From Anthoceros angustus (taxonomy: Eukaryota; Plantae; Anthocerotophyta): a stretch of DNA of 64,000 nucleotides. The stretch spans positions 1,107,309-1,171,308 of the forward strand of contig MU008177.1 in NCBI GenBank assembly GCA_010909165.1, in the 5' to 3' direction. The position numbers and the translations under genes were made by a program. Below the pieces are notes generated by a model. It saw nothing but the letters and a program-made list of their open reading frames with translations. It was not told the origin of the DNA and ran no database searches. Shown here one piece after another: positions 22,946 to 37,329 of this stretch. Numbering within the stretch: the first letter of the stretch is position 1; each line of letters opens with the position of its first letter.

Positions 22946-23680
22946 TTATTCATCATTGGGGAACAGATGGCAAATCGTAAGAAGAACGATGCGAAAACAT
23001 ATTGATATAGGTTGAGTGTTGAGTGAACTTCTGACCGAAATCGTGCGGATTCTGCAACAATGTTGAATGAGCATGACACCTTGACCAAACCAACGTTGAA
23101 TGAGCATGACACCTTGACCAAACCAACTATTTTCGATCGAAATCACTGCGGATTCAATGCCCTCTTCGTTTTTTGATGGGGGTATAGGGCAGGCCGGAGG
23201 ATAAGCGCGGGCATTACAATGATTCTTGTTCTCCCGACATGTGTTGTCCAATTGCAAATATAGAACCTTGGGAAGTAAGCCAACATATGTATGTATCACG
23301 CACATCTTGGATAATGCATATTATCAAATTAGGATCGTTCCGCAAATTTGCGTAGTGCAGATACGCCCTGGAATTGAACGTGTGATTGTGAATCATACAC
23401 CCCACCACATGGATGGTAACACGGCTGTCTTCCTTTAGCTCCTTAGGCCATCTAAGTATATGCGGTAAAGATGTTTTTTTCTGATCCATGCCATCGATAC
23501 ATAACAACATGTACTTGTGAGGCTCGGTGTTTTTTTATGATCCATGCCATCAATACATAACAAGATGTACTTGTGAGGCTCGGTGTATCCTTTCGTTCGA
23601 TGTTTTGTCAATTTCTTCCGCTCCTCCATAAGCTTTATGCGATGTTTGTTCAACGCGTCCTGATATATATCTGCCATTCA
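22946..23680 (-). mobile_element. DDE transposase remnant (Sola-like / DUF7869-type)
   Basis: LLCIDGMDQKKTSLP...TIHVVGCMIH...NDPNLIICII...LPKVLYLQLDNTCRENKN. Broken by 33-bp and ~59-bp tandem duplications. Confidence 0.6.
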
Positions 23681-25534
23681 ACCAAATGTCATGTCAATGT
23701 CCATCAATGACATATAACATCATTCGACAACCAGCGAATAACCAACAACCCTCCCCCCAAACGCCTCATTTCCGATGCAATAGACGAAGGGGTCGACTCC
23801 ATTATAAGGCTGGAGTCTAGACGATTGTCCATTGTAGGGGCCAAGGGGCACTGGCATGACGGCGCCCCTCGGGAGATTCAACCCCTAAATGGCGAACCTA
23901 GGGTTCCAGCTGTTGTATGGCCCCGGTATACCGACGCCCTCAAACCCCGTCAACTCTAGGGCGCGAAACCGCGCGGAAAATGTCAAGTCGAAGTGTCCTT
24001 CATTATGCGCCTTCAACCAGACGAGGGGTTGTGCAGTGCCTTAACCCCCTCTTCGGGACCCAACCCGGCACCAACCCCTACCCTCCTCCTCCTCCCCTTA
24101 TCCTCGAGGCAGATGCCTCCCTCCCTCACTCGAGGGGCCCGGCATGCCGCGCCTTCCTCCCTTCCCTAAGGGCGTCGATGCACGCCTTGCTCATCTCCCC
24201 GCGGGCCCCGGCCGCCTGCCCCCGCCTTTAGGGCCCGGCATGCGCCCCTCATCTCCTCCCTCCGCATGCCTCTCCGCCTGAGGGCGCCGGCATGCCGACG
24301 CCCTCCTCATCTCCTCCCCGCCGAGCATGCCGCGCTCCTCTCCTCCACTCCTGGCGCATTCTAGAGAACATGCCCCGCCTTCCTCGACCAAGGGCCGTCG
24401 ACCGTGCCTCGACCAAGGGTCAACATCCACCATCACAACATACCACCGTCGTCATCGATGGCCCACTGCCACGCCCAACCTTGCCCCTTTATACCATGTC
24501 CGAAAACGGTGTGGCGAGCATACCTTGATCCGTCTGCGATCCAAAGGTTCGGATGTTGAACTTTAGACCGCAGAGAACATGTTGAAAATCGATTGATTTG
24601 GGTATCTTCACGCTTGAAGTTCTCGCTCCCATAGTCTCGTAAAGTACGCAATAAATATATCAGCCGCTTTTGCTCCATGCCACATTTGTATTGTGTCCAC
24701 ACTTCTAGGTGAAAGTGTCGAAGATTGTAGACTTCAACATTAGGCGCCCCGCCAATTGCGTAAATGTTGCATCCATCCATGCTAGCGCCAATGCATGAGA
24801 TGATTTCACCCGGCTTGCTACCATCCCATGGTGAATTCAACAAGATTTCACCCTTCACCTCCTCATACCTTTCCGACCCTATGCAATACACCCTTCAAGG
24901 ATTTCGTGCAACACTTGATTGGAACCGTGCCTTGAAAGCATACTTTTCCTTTCGATCCTTGGTCGTCTTACAAGGGTCTCTAAGTATGTCTCCTCGGACC
25001 TTCCCAACATAAGAAACCTTTGCCTCTCTTCTTGAAACCCTCCTCGAAAGTCGTTGAATACATAGTTTGTTGCAACACGGTAAATCCAACCGTGTCCGCC
25101 CGCCTTCTTCAAGGAGACACCATACCGCCCGCAAACGAAACGCAAGGTCGTCGCCCGCAATGTCTCCGACATTGGCTTCTGATAACCGCAGCGAGGAGGT
25201 GAACGGGAGGATGGGGAACGCTGCCGCCAAAGAATATCGCTCCCCGATGCACCAAACACTCCACGAGGGCGAAAGACCTCGCATGGCACGCCATTTCACG
25301 CGGGCGATCGCCGCCTCCGGCTAAGTTCCATAGCCGCATAAGGCAAGTTCCGAGGCCGGTACATAGGGGGGTGCACGAGAATGGTGATGAGTCCTTCGCC
25401 ATCCTGAGCTTGCATGCAATTTTCACGAATACAAGGTGAAGTACATCGTCATCCACAACGATTACCATTGGGAATCCGCATGCCTCAGTGAAGTCCAAAG
25501 TAAAGAAAACGTCCGGAACAGCCGTATGAATTAT

Positions 25535-25620
25535 GAAACACACAGCTTGTCTACAAAAGCTTGTGTTCTGAAACACACAGCTTGTCTACAAAAGCTTGTG
25601 TTCTGAAACACCTAGCTTGT
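25535..25620. repeat. ~35-bp tandem repeat (GAAACACACAGCTTGTCTACAAAAGCTTGTGTTCT) x2.4
   Basis: Read directly. Confidence 0.8.
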
Positions 25621-28600
25621 CCACAAAGAGCATTCAAAACTGGTCCCTCATCCGGCAAAGTTCGGCGCTTGGCCAAATAGATCAATGCCTTTCGCGCATG
25701 TAGGTCTCTTTGAGCGAGGCATTCCCAAGATGCAAGTTCCTCGCCATCCGCAGTCAAGCCGCATGACACCCACGGTCAGTAACAATGTCCCAGCAGACAC
25801 AAAGTACTTTGAACGTGGAGGCTATCGCCTATTGTGGAAATTACCTCTATGTCTTCATCGGTACGGGTGGAGTGGAGCATGGTGTATGAGACGTGCGACC
25901 AGTGGAACGCGAACCCAGCACACCGTCAACAAGGAGCAACACACGAGCAGGAAGGCAGAGTAGTATTAGAGATAGCAGAACAAGCGCACTGATGCCTCGG
26001 CGTTGCATCTTTCTAGCACTCACTGTCGGAGAGGATCTACCTATCAGGCGGCGGATTTGACGCCGCCGTTATTTACACGCGCTCATTAATGTTGCAGCTT
26101 TTGCCATTTGGGATCGGGAAGCCCTTAATGTACTCACATTACACCACGGCTGGAAAACATGGGCCACCGTAATAAAAACGTGGCAAAGATAGCACACCAA
26201 ATTAGGGTAAGTGGAAAACAAACACACAAGACGCGATTACATCTCACCGTTTTAACCCTTGCCCGATTTTTTTAAGCGCTTCCTTCCGTAATGGAGCGCC
26301 CATCACGCCTACACCGTGTTCATCTCGTGAGTTGCGCCCCACCCGCAAGCCGGAAGGCTCCGAATTGCGCCTCCACGCCGCTTGTGGAGTGGAGGCCATT
26401 GCGCCACTGCGATTGTGGAGGTGCGCGCCACGCCTAATGCTGCTTTGAAGGAGATTTGGTGTCTCACCGTATCATCCGTTGCTTGTGATGGCAATGGCAA
26501 GCGAAGAAGGACTGAAGAGTGGAGAAGAAGGCCGCATGTGGAGAAACCAAGGCCAAGAAATCGAAGGGAAGAAGGCGATCACAGCAAAGACCCGGCGGAG
26601 TGGATGGACACCAAAGTTCGAGCCGACTGGTCTTCCAATTCAAGGCGCAAAGGTAAGGGCACGATGTTGAGGCGCGGCCCGAACTCGGATCCCGGATCGC
26701 CAAGGGTGAGCACAAGGCGAGTGAGGGAAATCGAGATGGCAACTCACGTAAGAGTACCGCCAGATTCTAATCCTTCACCTTTACGCTTGAGGAGACTGCT
26801 CAATTGCGCACACACTAACTGCATTGATGACACGATTGTCCGAGAGAAGGACCGGCTGCAGAGTGGAACCCGAGGAAGAAAATGTGGGGTGGACACCTAT
26901 GTTGAAATTGTGGATTTATGGCCACAATGATGCTTTGCCGAATCAGAGAGCCAGGGCTGGATATGTGGTCTAGGCAACTTTAATAGAAGCGGAAGGAGAT
27001 CCGGAGATTCAGGTCCTGGTGACTTCGAAGCCTTATGGGTTTGAAGCTTTGCCAGTGGAGTCGGACGACTACAATGTGTTCGTGTTGAGCATAGCAGGCT
27101 TGCATAGCAAAAAGTGTGAGCCACATGAATTGTCTCTTAAATTCCGGGAAGCTCTTCGACCACGGATTGTAAGTGCATGTCTTTGGTGGTCATTGATTTT
27201 TAAGTTTTGCAACATCCTTGCATCCACTAACCACTTTTTGGAACTTCTAATTACTCGTTGCCAGAATGCAATGATTTTTTATCGATGCTTGTGTGAAGTG
27301 ATTACAACTTCTATCGTCAATCACCGTCGCGAGATGTCCTTTAGAAGGACCAGGGCTGGGCTGTTTGGCTATGAATTGGAAGGAGATGAGGACGAGGCAG
27401 AGTATGGACCCTCAGATGAAGAGGATGGCCCTATACCGGAGCTGCTCGGCCAGACAGATGACGAAATGTCGGAGGAGGATGGTGATAACCGGATTGAGGA
27501 CGACAGAATGCAGATTGCCTCCATAATGCCTGGGGCATCAATGCTAGTGCCCACTGTTGCTTACAATCCTGACGAGGACATGGGTCACAGCGAGGCTGCG
27601 GAATTGCCTGGCGGTGGGGAGAACATGGAGTTGGCCCGTACCCCTCACGCAGTCTGGTTTATATCAGGATATGAAGGCAGGGGAGGAGAGGAAGGGCGCC
27701 GCATGCCGCGCCGCCCTTCCCCGGCAATCGTCACAGAAGGCGGCATCCCGGAAGACTGGGGTGCAAGCGCCACTGGTTAGCTAGACCATCCAATCGGAAC
27801 AAGCCAGGGACGGCTCGCAGACGAGGAGGGGCATGCTGCGCCTCACGCCCTGTGATTGGGGAGAGGGCCCCAAGATGCCGCCTCCCTGGCCATGTGGGAC
27901 GCGGACGCCCAAGACCCTCCCTCTGAAGAGGCGGAAGGAGGGTGCCCAAGATGCGCGCCTCCCAGTCTATAGGTTCTAGAGGGCGGCGTACGCCGGACGC
28001 AAGATGAGGCTAAAGATGGAGGAGGCATATTGAGGAGTACTGGGAAGCGCAAGCGGAGTTCGTCAACCGCAACTAGTATGGGGGGCAGCTCACCAAATGT
28101 GGAGCCCGAAAGAGATTTGAGGAGGAAGAAAGGCAAGCGCGCAGCAGGAGCTGCAGATAGCAATGACATTCCGATTATGCATGTCGCGACTGATCGGGAG
28201 AGGCTGGAGGCCTCCATCCAGGATGAAGATTATTTGCGGAATCTCAGAGAGTCAGCTTACGTGAAGAAAGTGGTTCCGGAAACAGTTCTTCTAAAAGTAG
28301 AGAATTTAAGGCCTGCATCCTTTCTTACTCCAGATGCACAGATTCGGATTGTGGACTAGGCATGGACCAACTACATGGCTCGAGATATTTCGAAAGGTAG
28401 AGTGGAGGAAGGTGTGCTGCCTCTACTATGCATGATTGACCCAACAAACTGCAGCAATCTGCCGCGACATTCAATCTATAGACTGGAAGAAGTTTAGAGC
28501 TAAGAAGTATGTGATGGGAGTGCTCGGTGGCAATCACACAGGAGATGAGGGTTCTGGCCACAGACCACAACATTATGTCTGATAAACGGAGGAAGATGAA

Positions 28601-29346
28601 TTTCATTGAGCAAGTAAGGTACTTGCAAGATGAGTTGTAGATAGCAAAGAGAGATGGAGTCAATATAAGCATGAACTGGAAGTTCAACTTGTATAAGGTG
28701 CTGGGCTTGATAGATGATGATGAGGCCACAGAGGATGAGCAGTACAAGAAAACAAGGTCGACAATCGTACAAATATCCTTTGCATCGCCAAACTTGAGGG
28801 GAGAGTGTGGGAAAATGTCGATAAGATCTCACGAAGTGGGAGGCCATGGAGTTGCCAGAACAAGCCAAACATGTTGTCAGAACTAGCAAGAAAAGCAAGG
28901 GGAAACCAAGACCCAGATGAGGCGAAGGCGGTGGACCAAAGTTTTGTGAAGCCAAAAGACATGCAAGGGAAGCCTTGGCGAAGTTTTCAGGGTATTCCAC
29001 TAGGTGAGACTGGCCAAAAGATGTTGATCAATGTCACTGAGAAGGTTTTGACAGGTCTCATAGATCTCAATGGTATGGCCAAGGAGATCACTCTTCGGAA
29101 GAAACTACATATGATACAAGTGGCTATGGCGAAGCATCTAGGATGTGATTCATTCGAGATGGTGAGGCAAAAGTACCCAGTGCACTCAACGAATGAAGTC
29201 ATTGCCAGATTTCAGACCGCTTTCGAAGGGAAGGTGAGCTTCGTTGTTCTTGAAGGATCGTGGGGCAGCCATGCTGGTGGAAAGAGGAGAGGAGCGGAGG
29301 AGGCAAGTGTAGCTCTCTCACATTGAGATGAGGCTTGGAGGGTATT

Positions 29347-32300
29347 ATCTAAAATATAACACGCTGGATAAATGACAAGATAGCTTGACATTATGTGCAT
29401 ACAGCACAAAGGGGACACGAAGAAAACCGGCACACAAGAGAATTCGAGAGAGTAGAAATAATGAGAGTAAATGATAACATAAGAGTAAATGTATTTATAC
29501 CGAAACCCTAACTAGATAGGTTATCCCATTATGCATACTCCTAGGTTACATACATAACCAAACGTTATTCCAACACTCCCACATAACCTAGGCTGTGTGC
29601 ATCGTCTTATAACGCGAAAGTCGGGTTACGTCCTCCTTGTTGTCACACACGCCATAGCTAAAACCTCATCCGTTACGCTGCAGGAAACTGAAGGCGATCG
29701 CGCACCACGCCCCGCCCATCGCAATCGTGGCCATCATCCTCGCCACCTTCAGCTTACTCATCCAGTGGCAACAGCAGCAAATGTCTACCAGAAATGGTGT
29801 GCGCTACAAGCCTGAGAGCTATGGAGAGGATGCTGTGCCTAGAAAGAAAAGAGCTGGGAAGAAACATGATGCGACTGCTGCTGGAGCTGGAAACACAAGG
29901 GCCCGGAGTGGAAACCCTTCAACTTGCAGCATTTCATCGCTAGCTATGGCGAGAAATTGCATAACGTGGATCTGATGCAGAAACTAATGAGGTGTGCAGC
30001 CGTGAAAATGGAGGAGAGAGAGTGAGCCAGCTGCTTGCCTGCACCCTCTGAGAGGGATGAGGGTTGAATGGCGTGAAGCTATCAAAACCCCGCTAGCTGC
30101 TGAGGACGATGTGAAAGAGGAAAAAGGGGGAAACGAGAAGAAGCTCCCACAGAAGAAGACAACTCCTCGGTGCCATGATTAGGTGAGAACAGTGATGATT
30201 CATCCATGGCTGTTATGGTGACTAATTGTCCGACCGAGAACATGCGCTTGTAGTGAGCATAGGCGGCATGCGATAGACTGTTTTAGAGCGAGTGGTTCTA
30301 CAACGCTTAACTTATGATAAACTTGTAAAACCAGGGGACTCAAGTCCCCACCCCCCCAAACCAACAGGTCAGATGTCACCTGGGTTTACCTTACTCCTTT
30401 TCCTGGCAATAGGTAACTGAAATCTCGTAGGCCAAGGGACTCCATATGTTGTGAATGCTTGAGCTTAGGTAATGCCTTTGTCATGATATCTGCGGTGTTG
30501 TCTGCAGTAGGAATATACTTGACTTGAATTACTCTCGTGCTACAGTATCCCTAACATAATGATGTTTGATTTCTATATGCTTTGTGCGGGCATGAAAACG
30601 GGGATTGGCCACGAGAGCAATAGCAGAGTTGTTGTCGCAGAAAACAGTTGTTGGCTCCTGTTGCTCTTGGTGAAGATCCTTAAGATAAGATCTCTCCCAC
30701 TCAGCTTCCTTTGCTGTGTCTGTTAACGACAAATATTCAGCTTCTGTTGAGGATAACGCAATCGATGTTTGTTTCTTGCAGGACCAATTCACAGCTCCTC
30801 CTAACAAAACAAGATGTTGTGACAGCTTTTATGAGTCAATGTCGGAGGTCCAACTGCACATACATGATACCGGAAAGAGTTAACCCAGAGGGAAGACCAG
30901 CTTGGTAGAAAATACCATAGTGCATAGTGCCTTTCAAGTAGCGATAAGCGCTCACCGCCCTGGAGCGGCTCCGGCTTCTCCAAACACCACGACGGAGAAG
31001 GCTATATCTGGCCGTGTCCAATTCGATATGAAAATCAGGCATCCGACAGCATGTCTATAAGGTACCTTTTCCATATCTGAAATTTCTTCCGCAGTAGAAG
31101 CACATTGATCAGTTGTCAGTTTTACTCCCACAGAGCCTGGAGTGCTTACTGTCTTGCTTGGTCTAGCTGGAAACTCTTCAGAATTTCGGTTAAGTACTTT
31201 CTCTGGTGGATAACTATTAACCCCTTCTCTCGATTGCGCAGAACTTGAACACCAAGGCAAAACTTCAGGGCTCCCACATCCTTCATCTCAAACTTAGCTT
31301 GCAGAAGGTCCTTGACCTTGTTGAGGATGGATGTGTCGGTGCAAGCGAAGATGCAATCATCGACGTACACGGCAAGAATACAGAAAGCGGACCATCCACT
31401 AAGTAATATACAGATGAGTCTGCTGCGCTTTGTACAAACCCTAGGGCCTTTAGTTCTGCATCCAATTTCTCATTCCATAGCATAGCGCTTTGTTTGAGCC
31501 CATATAAGGCTTTAAGCAGTCTGAGTACCTTATGAGGATAGCGTTTGTCTCACGTAGCCTTGTTGCTCCATATATATTTCCTCCTTGATCTCACCATGCA
31601 AAAAGGCAGTACACACATCCATTTGGAGCAATTCTAAATTGAGTTCAGCAGAGATAGCTAACAACATTTTGATGGACTGTGCCCTGACGACAGGAGAAAA
31701 GGTCTCCTGGTAATCCAAGCCAGGAACCTGTGTGAAGCCCCGAGCGCAGAGCCTGGCTTTATACCTGGCAATCTCTCCTTCAGCATTTAATTTGGTCTTA
31801 AAGACCCATTTGCATGTGACATCCTTCCAGTGGCAAGTCTGTAAGTTCCCATGTCTTGATTTTCAAAATAGACTGGTATTCCTCCTCAACTGCAGCTTGC
31901 CACTTATCCGCATCAGGGCCAGCATAGGCTGCGTCCATGGAGACGGGATCTAACAGCAGAGGGGAACTGCCAGCAGTGGCAGCATTTGCAGATGGTCTAA
32001 AGTCATGGGAGACATAGGGAGGCTCAGCCCACTGTGAGCGAGGAAGACGAGCTCGAGGTGGGTTTCGTCTAGGAGGGACAATGACATAAGGATCCTCCTC
32101 TGTATCTGGCAGGGCTGGATCATCATCTATCAAAAGATCAGGTTCAGGAACTATGGCAGGATCCTCCTCGTGAACTGCAACTGCTGGGGCATCCAAGGGA
32201 TCCAGCATCTCAGGGGCAGGAGGATAGTTGAAATTGTCATCAATAGGAGTTGGTTGATTAACGACAGGGGGATTTACAGGTACTATCGCAGGTTGCTGAA

Positions 32301-35300
32301 TAGCGGGGACTGGCCCTTGTGGGAAATGAGCAGGAAGAGCATCAAAATCAGCGAGGTCAGGAATTGAGTCCTCATCATTAGAAGTGTCTGAATCTGTATC
32401 AGCATGTACACCAGAAGTAGTAGGAGAACCAGATCTAACAGCTCTTTGAAAACAACGCGGGCTAAAACAGGAGCAAAGGTAAGTGGATCAATCAATTTGT
32501 AAGCTTTTGCCTCTTCACTATACCCAATAAAAATTAAAGCTCTAGATCTATCATCTAGTTTTTGACGCTTAGCTTGTGGTATGTAGGCAAAGGCTGGAGA
32601 TCCAAAAACTCTGAGGTGAAGAATGCTCGGCTTGCGACCCCATATCATCTCGTAAGGGGTCTTCCCTTGAAGGGAGTTGGTGAGAAGACGGTTGAGTATA
32701 TATGTGGAAGTCACCAACGCTTCAGCCCAGTATTCTGGAGGTAAGCTGGCCCAGCTAAGCATGCTCCTCGTCATACCCATAAGAGTCTGATTCTTGCGCT
32801 CCGCAATACCATTTTGTTGTGGTGTGTAGGGAACGGTGAGCTGCCGAATGATGCCTCTATCCTGAAGATACTGATCAAACAGAGTGTTACAAAATTCTGT
32901 CCCATTGTCCGAACGTATACATTTGAGGTAACGACCAGTCTGCTTCTCTGCCATGGGCAACCACTCTTGGAAACAGCTGAATGTATCACTCTTTCTTGCC
33001 ATAGGATAAGTCCATGTATACCGACTGAAATCGTCGGTGATGGTCAAGTAATAAGAAGAGCCACCAATGGACTTGGTTTGCAACTTGCCAGAGATGTCAG
33101 AATGTATAAGATCAAGGACTGCAGAAGTGCGAAAACCTGAATGTGGAAAAGGCTTCTCCCGTTGTTTGGCGAGCAAGCAGGCCTCACACATCGGTAAGTC
33201 CTTGAAGCATGATGGCAAAGGCTCAGCATAGCAGGTTTCAGTGGACATCTTTATTAATGTGTTTTTGTTGACATGGCCAAGTCGGGCATGCCACAGCTTG
33301 GCTTGTTCTGTTGCAGGCAGATAGGCTGGAGTGGTTGCAGTGGCTACAGGGCTTGTGGTAGGAACCTCACATAATACGTCCAAGCGATAAAGATCGGAGT
33401 CGGGAATGCCTCGACCAATACATTGTGTAGCAGAGGCATGTCTGAAAATCTCACAGGTGGTGCTAAAGAATCGAAACTCGAGGTTGAAGTGTTGGGCGAG
33501 AAGTCTCACGGAGAGAAGATTTTTCGCCATTCCCAGTACGTAAAGAATTCCTGAGACATGCAAAACTGAGTTATCAGTCATCACAAAACGGCAAGTACCA
33601 TATCCTTTGATTGGTAGGCTCGTTGATTTCTGCTCGTCTCCAAGAAGAACTGCCTGAGTTGAGTTGTGAATCTCCTTATAGCTACTAAGGAGGCTCTTGT
33701 CCTTACAGATGTGCGCAGTGGCGCCAGAATCCAAATACCAATTGCAAGGATCACTTGATGAAGAGGAAAGGCATATGGTATAAATCTTGACCACAACTTT
33801 GCCTCCTTCAGTCGAAGATCTCTCCTTGGCAACAAATTCACCTGTTTAGGACGAGGCTCGCCACCTCTTCTGCAGCCTCTCCCAAAGGCCACGTGTGTTG
33901 CAGTTGCCTACTGTGTTTCTTGTTGTTTGAAGAAGAAGCAGCAGTGGAGGTTTGGTGATTTTGTCGGCCTCTGCCTCCTCTGCCTCTCCCCCTCCCAAAA
34001 CCTCCACGATGGGTAGAGGTGTAGAGGACCCTGTCTGTCCATATCTTTCCAGAGCCACCTGAGTGATGTCGAAGTCGGCTCTGTTCCTCCTGGTAGAGGG
34101 CTGCAATAACGCTGTCCAAGGTGATAGCTGCCGGGTTGCCAGCTGCTACATTCTGACCAGCAGTAGCAAGAGGTCCATTCTGAAGTGAAACAAATGTTTG
34201 ATATGATGCAGGCAAAGTGAGTAGAAACTGTGCAACGGCATCCTCTTCAGTCAACGTAGAGTTCAATTGAGCAAGGCGGGAGCGAAGGTGACGAATTTGC
34301 TTGTGTGGGCAGCCACACTGTCACCCTCCCGCATCTTCAAACTATAGAACTCATGTATAGCTGTAGATTTGGAAAGCATTGTTTTCACAGCATATGTACC
34401 AACAAGCTGATTCCAAATGTCATGTGCCTTGGTCAGGAATTCCACATCTGGAATAAGGACTTCATCTAGTCCAGAATGAAATGGCCAATGCCCTTTCTGC
34501 TTGTGCATTCCATTTGTCGACATCACTGAAATAACAATAGCTCCAATTTGGGTAGTAGCACCGAACTGGAAATCGCCTCCGGGTGCCATCGACAACTGTC
34601 CAAACACCTCTTGCTCGTAAGGTACTTTGCATGCGAACACGCCAAATTTCAAACTTTGTCCCGTTGAATCTGTCCTTGTCCTTAACTTCAGATGTAAACG
34701 TGGGGGTTGAGGTTGATGTTGCCATGACGACTGGGCGTGCAGGAACTACAGGTGGAGAACTGTGACCTCGACCACGTCTATGAAGAATATAAGGAGAAAG
34801 GGGGAAGTGCAGGAGGTGATCTCGAGTAGACATACATGGGATTTGGGATTCTGAGCAGGGCTATGTTAAGATTTTATTTAGTTTCGTCAGAAAACTAAAC
34901 TAGCCTGCTGACTTTCTTCCTAGGGCTTGAGAGGTTTGAAAAGACGGTTAATAACCGCCTGTGCTGTGACAGCGGAAGGTTCATGGTGGGGGTATCAGCA
35001 GAGAACAGCACATCCAAGAAAACCTCTACAACACAAAATCCCTAGGCAAAAACAGAGAAAACCAGATCAATCTGAGTGCCCCTCATCAGAGGAGCGAAGG
35101 GACTTGTTCAAGATCTGTAGCTGCCTGGTTAGTTTGTCAATCTCTGAAGTGAACCTAGTGACAATTGTGTGTATTTTACGTGCTGGAATTGGGTGTGAAA
35201 AGGATTCGACTGGATAGCATTTAATGTACCTTCTAGGTTCAGACACCGGGCTGAAAAATTGAAATGTATCCAAGAAGTACCGTGGTCTTCGCAAGGTTGT

Positions 35301-35824
35301 AATTTGAGCCAGGACGTCAATGATGCCGGATTGATCTGTTTGAAAATCCGCCAGTATCCAGGTTTAAAAGTAGCAAATTTTTTCGGAATCGACAAATCAC
35401 CGCCTGGTGTGCAATTTCTCAAGATCTGCTGATCACTGCTGCCTTAGATTACCAATCGTGGGGATGCTAGAGGCATGAATCATCCAAAGGGTCGAGAGAA
35501 AGCCTTGATGAAACCTCCTCTTCCACCAGCTCCAGAGTTTGATTTGTTCCTCGGCATCTTGCCTATAACATAATCACCAGCGTGAAGGTGCCCGATACCA
35601 TATCTAAAATATAACACCTGGATAAATGACAAGATAGTTTGACATTATGTGCATACTACAAAAGGGGACATTTAAGAAAAAAGACAAGAGAATTCGAGAG
35701 AGTAGAAAATAATATGAGAGTAAATGATAAATACTAAGAGTAAATGTATACCTAAACCCTAACTAGATAGGTTATCCCATTATGCATACCCTAGGTTACA
35801 TACATAACCAAACGTTATTCCAAT
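29347..35824 (-). mobile_element. Ty1/copia element X, near full length, TSD GTATT
   Basis: LTRs 29347-29575 and 35602-35823 (~230 bp). GTATT at 29342-29346 and 35825-35829. PBS TGGTATCGGGC; PPT GGGAG. gag FNGTKFEIWRVRM, protease WYLDSGATAHIC, integrase ORF 32283..33794 (IRSDNGTEF, TPQQNGIAER), RT (QMDVCTAFLHG, LYVDD-like), RNase H (IALSSTEAEY, KHIEIKHHYVR). Confidence 0.92.
32283..33794 (-). CDS. copia protease + GAG-pre-integrase + integrase (503 aa open stretch)
   Basis: WYLDSGATAHIC, LWHARLGH, CEACLLAKQ, DLIHSDISG, DDFSRYTW, SDNGTEF, QQNGIAERKN. Confidence 0.92.
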   Translation of the reverse strand: MVKIYTICLSSSSSDPCNWYLDSGATAHICKDKSLLSSYKEIHNSTQAVLLGDEQKSTSLPIKGYGTCRFVMTDNSVLHVSGILYVLGMAKNLLSVRLLAQHFNLEFRFFSTTCEIFRHASATQCIGRGIPDSDLYRLDVLCEVPTTSPVATATTPAYLPATEQAKLWHARLGHVNKNTLIKMSTETCYAEPLPSCFKDLPMCEACLLAKQREKPFPHSGFRTSAVLDLIHSDISGKLQTKSIGGSSYYLTITDDFSRYTWTYPMARKSDTFSCFQEWLPMAEKQTGRYLKCIRSDNGTEFCNTLFDQYLQDRGIIRQLTVPYTPQQNGIAERKNQTLMGMTRSMLSWASLPPEYWAEALVTSTYILNRLLTNSLQGKTPYEMIWGRKPSILHLRVFGSPAFAYIPQAKRQKLDDRSRALIFIGYSEEAKAYKLIDPLTFAPVLARVVFKELLDLVLLLLLVYMLIQIQTLLMMRTQFLTSLILMLFLLISHKGQSPLFSNLR

Positions 35825-37329
35825 GTATTTATACTCCTCCAATAGGGCTCAGGAAGCTCCACAAGAAGCTCCTAGAAGGAGCACAAGAAGCTTCTAGTGA
35901 TTAGCTTAATAACTAATGATACTTAATCGACACCTAACTTAGACTAAGTGCATTAGTCTAGTACATTGGGCTTTAATAATTTTTACAACCTCCCACTTAA
36001 AGGCCAATTTACCTTCGTGGAAGAATGGACTACCTCATGCCCATCGATTGTCCGGAAGCTTGTGCAAATTGCTGTAGAGAGTCCCTTGGTAAGAATATCT
36101 CGCAGGTTCATCGGTGTGAACCTTGACAGTTGTACCCTCTTGCCATCTAACACCTCTCGATGAAGTGATGCCATCCACATGTTTAGTCTTCGCATGAAAC
36201 ACTGGATTTCTTTTGCCAATTGGATAGCACTGCTATCACAATGCAACAACGGCACTCAACCTTGATCCCAAGTCTCCTACTAAACGCAGCAAGTGGCGCC
36301 CTTGCAAGCCTCATTTGTCGCAACATACGGCCTCTGTGGTAGATATGAATGCATTTAATCGCAAGAGATCGGCATGAGATCGCCTCCAAGCACGTGAAGA
36401 CATAACTGACTCCTTTTGTCCATATCCCCGATAATCAGGCTGTGGTACTCCAACCACATATGCATCTTCACTACCAAAACATATGCACAAAGCTTTTGTA
36501 CCATCTGTGACACTTTCATAACTCCTTTTGTGACAATAGTGACACTCACATTCTTGTTACGATCACGAGATTTGCTACGAGAGAAGCTCATCCTGTTTCC
36601 CCTTCGCAGCGGACCTCCCTCTCACTATGAGGGCAATCGGAACCTTTGAAGGTTCCATATTTTTCCTGCTCACCTCCTCGCCAATGCTACCTTCTACATT
36701 TACAATGGTAAGACCACTAGCAAAGTGTAATTACTCGAGTTTAAAAGGTGTCCCAACCTCCGTAATGTGACCAATAAAACATAGCTCTCACTAACTGGGA
36801 ACGTGATACCTTGAGATGAGAGTCGGCTGAAATGGTATTGAAATCATTCGATGATCGGACATCCTCGCCCTTCCTTCATCTTCAAGTCCACCACGCTTTA
36901 ACCAATACACCCGAGAAGCCGCACTTTGCTTCTCATATGTCACATGCCACAACCAGTAACTCGTGGTCTTATCTTTCACATTGAAGTACACTGCTTTTGA
37001 CAATGTTAGCATGATAGTAGATCTAGCAAGCTCATCCGTGTCCCCGCCACTCATCCCGAGTCATACTATCCGGTTTGACGCCTAACAACTTTATGGGCTT
37101 GATCCGCTTTTTCGCACTAGAACATTATACACTTGTTCTTTCCGTAACGGAAGTTAGTACCATCTAACTTCTCGATATTGAACATATAGCTTCGATGATG
37201 AAGACATCATGACTCAAAAATCGATACTGATAAAACACTCGACTCGCCTTATTAGAAAAGTCAAAGAAAAGCGGTGACGGTCCGTGTATTTTACCCGTTG
37301 ATCGCTGAAGTAATCCCGGGCCGTTCGAA

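Noticed and set aside
24433-25576. Minus-strand coding-like ORFs
   Set aside because: They look like decayed protein-coding sequence but I cannot assign a family. Mentioned only within the transposon hypothesis.
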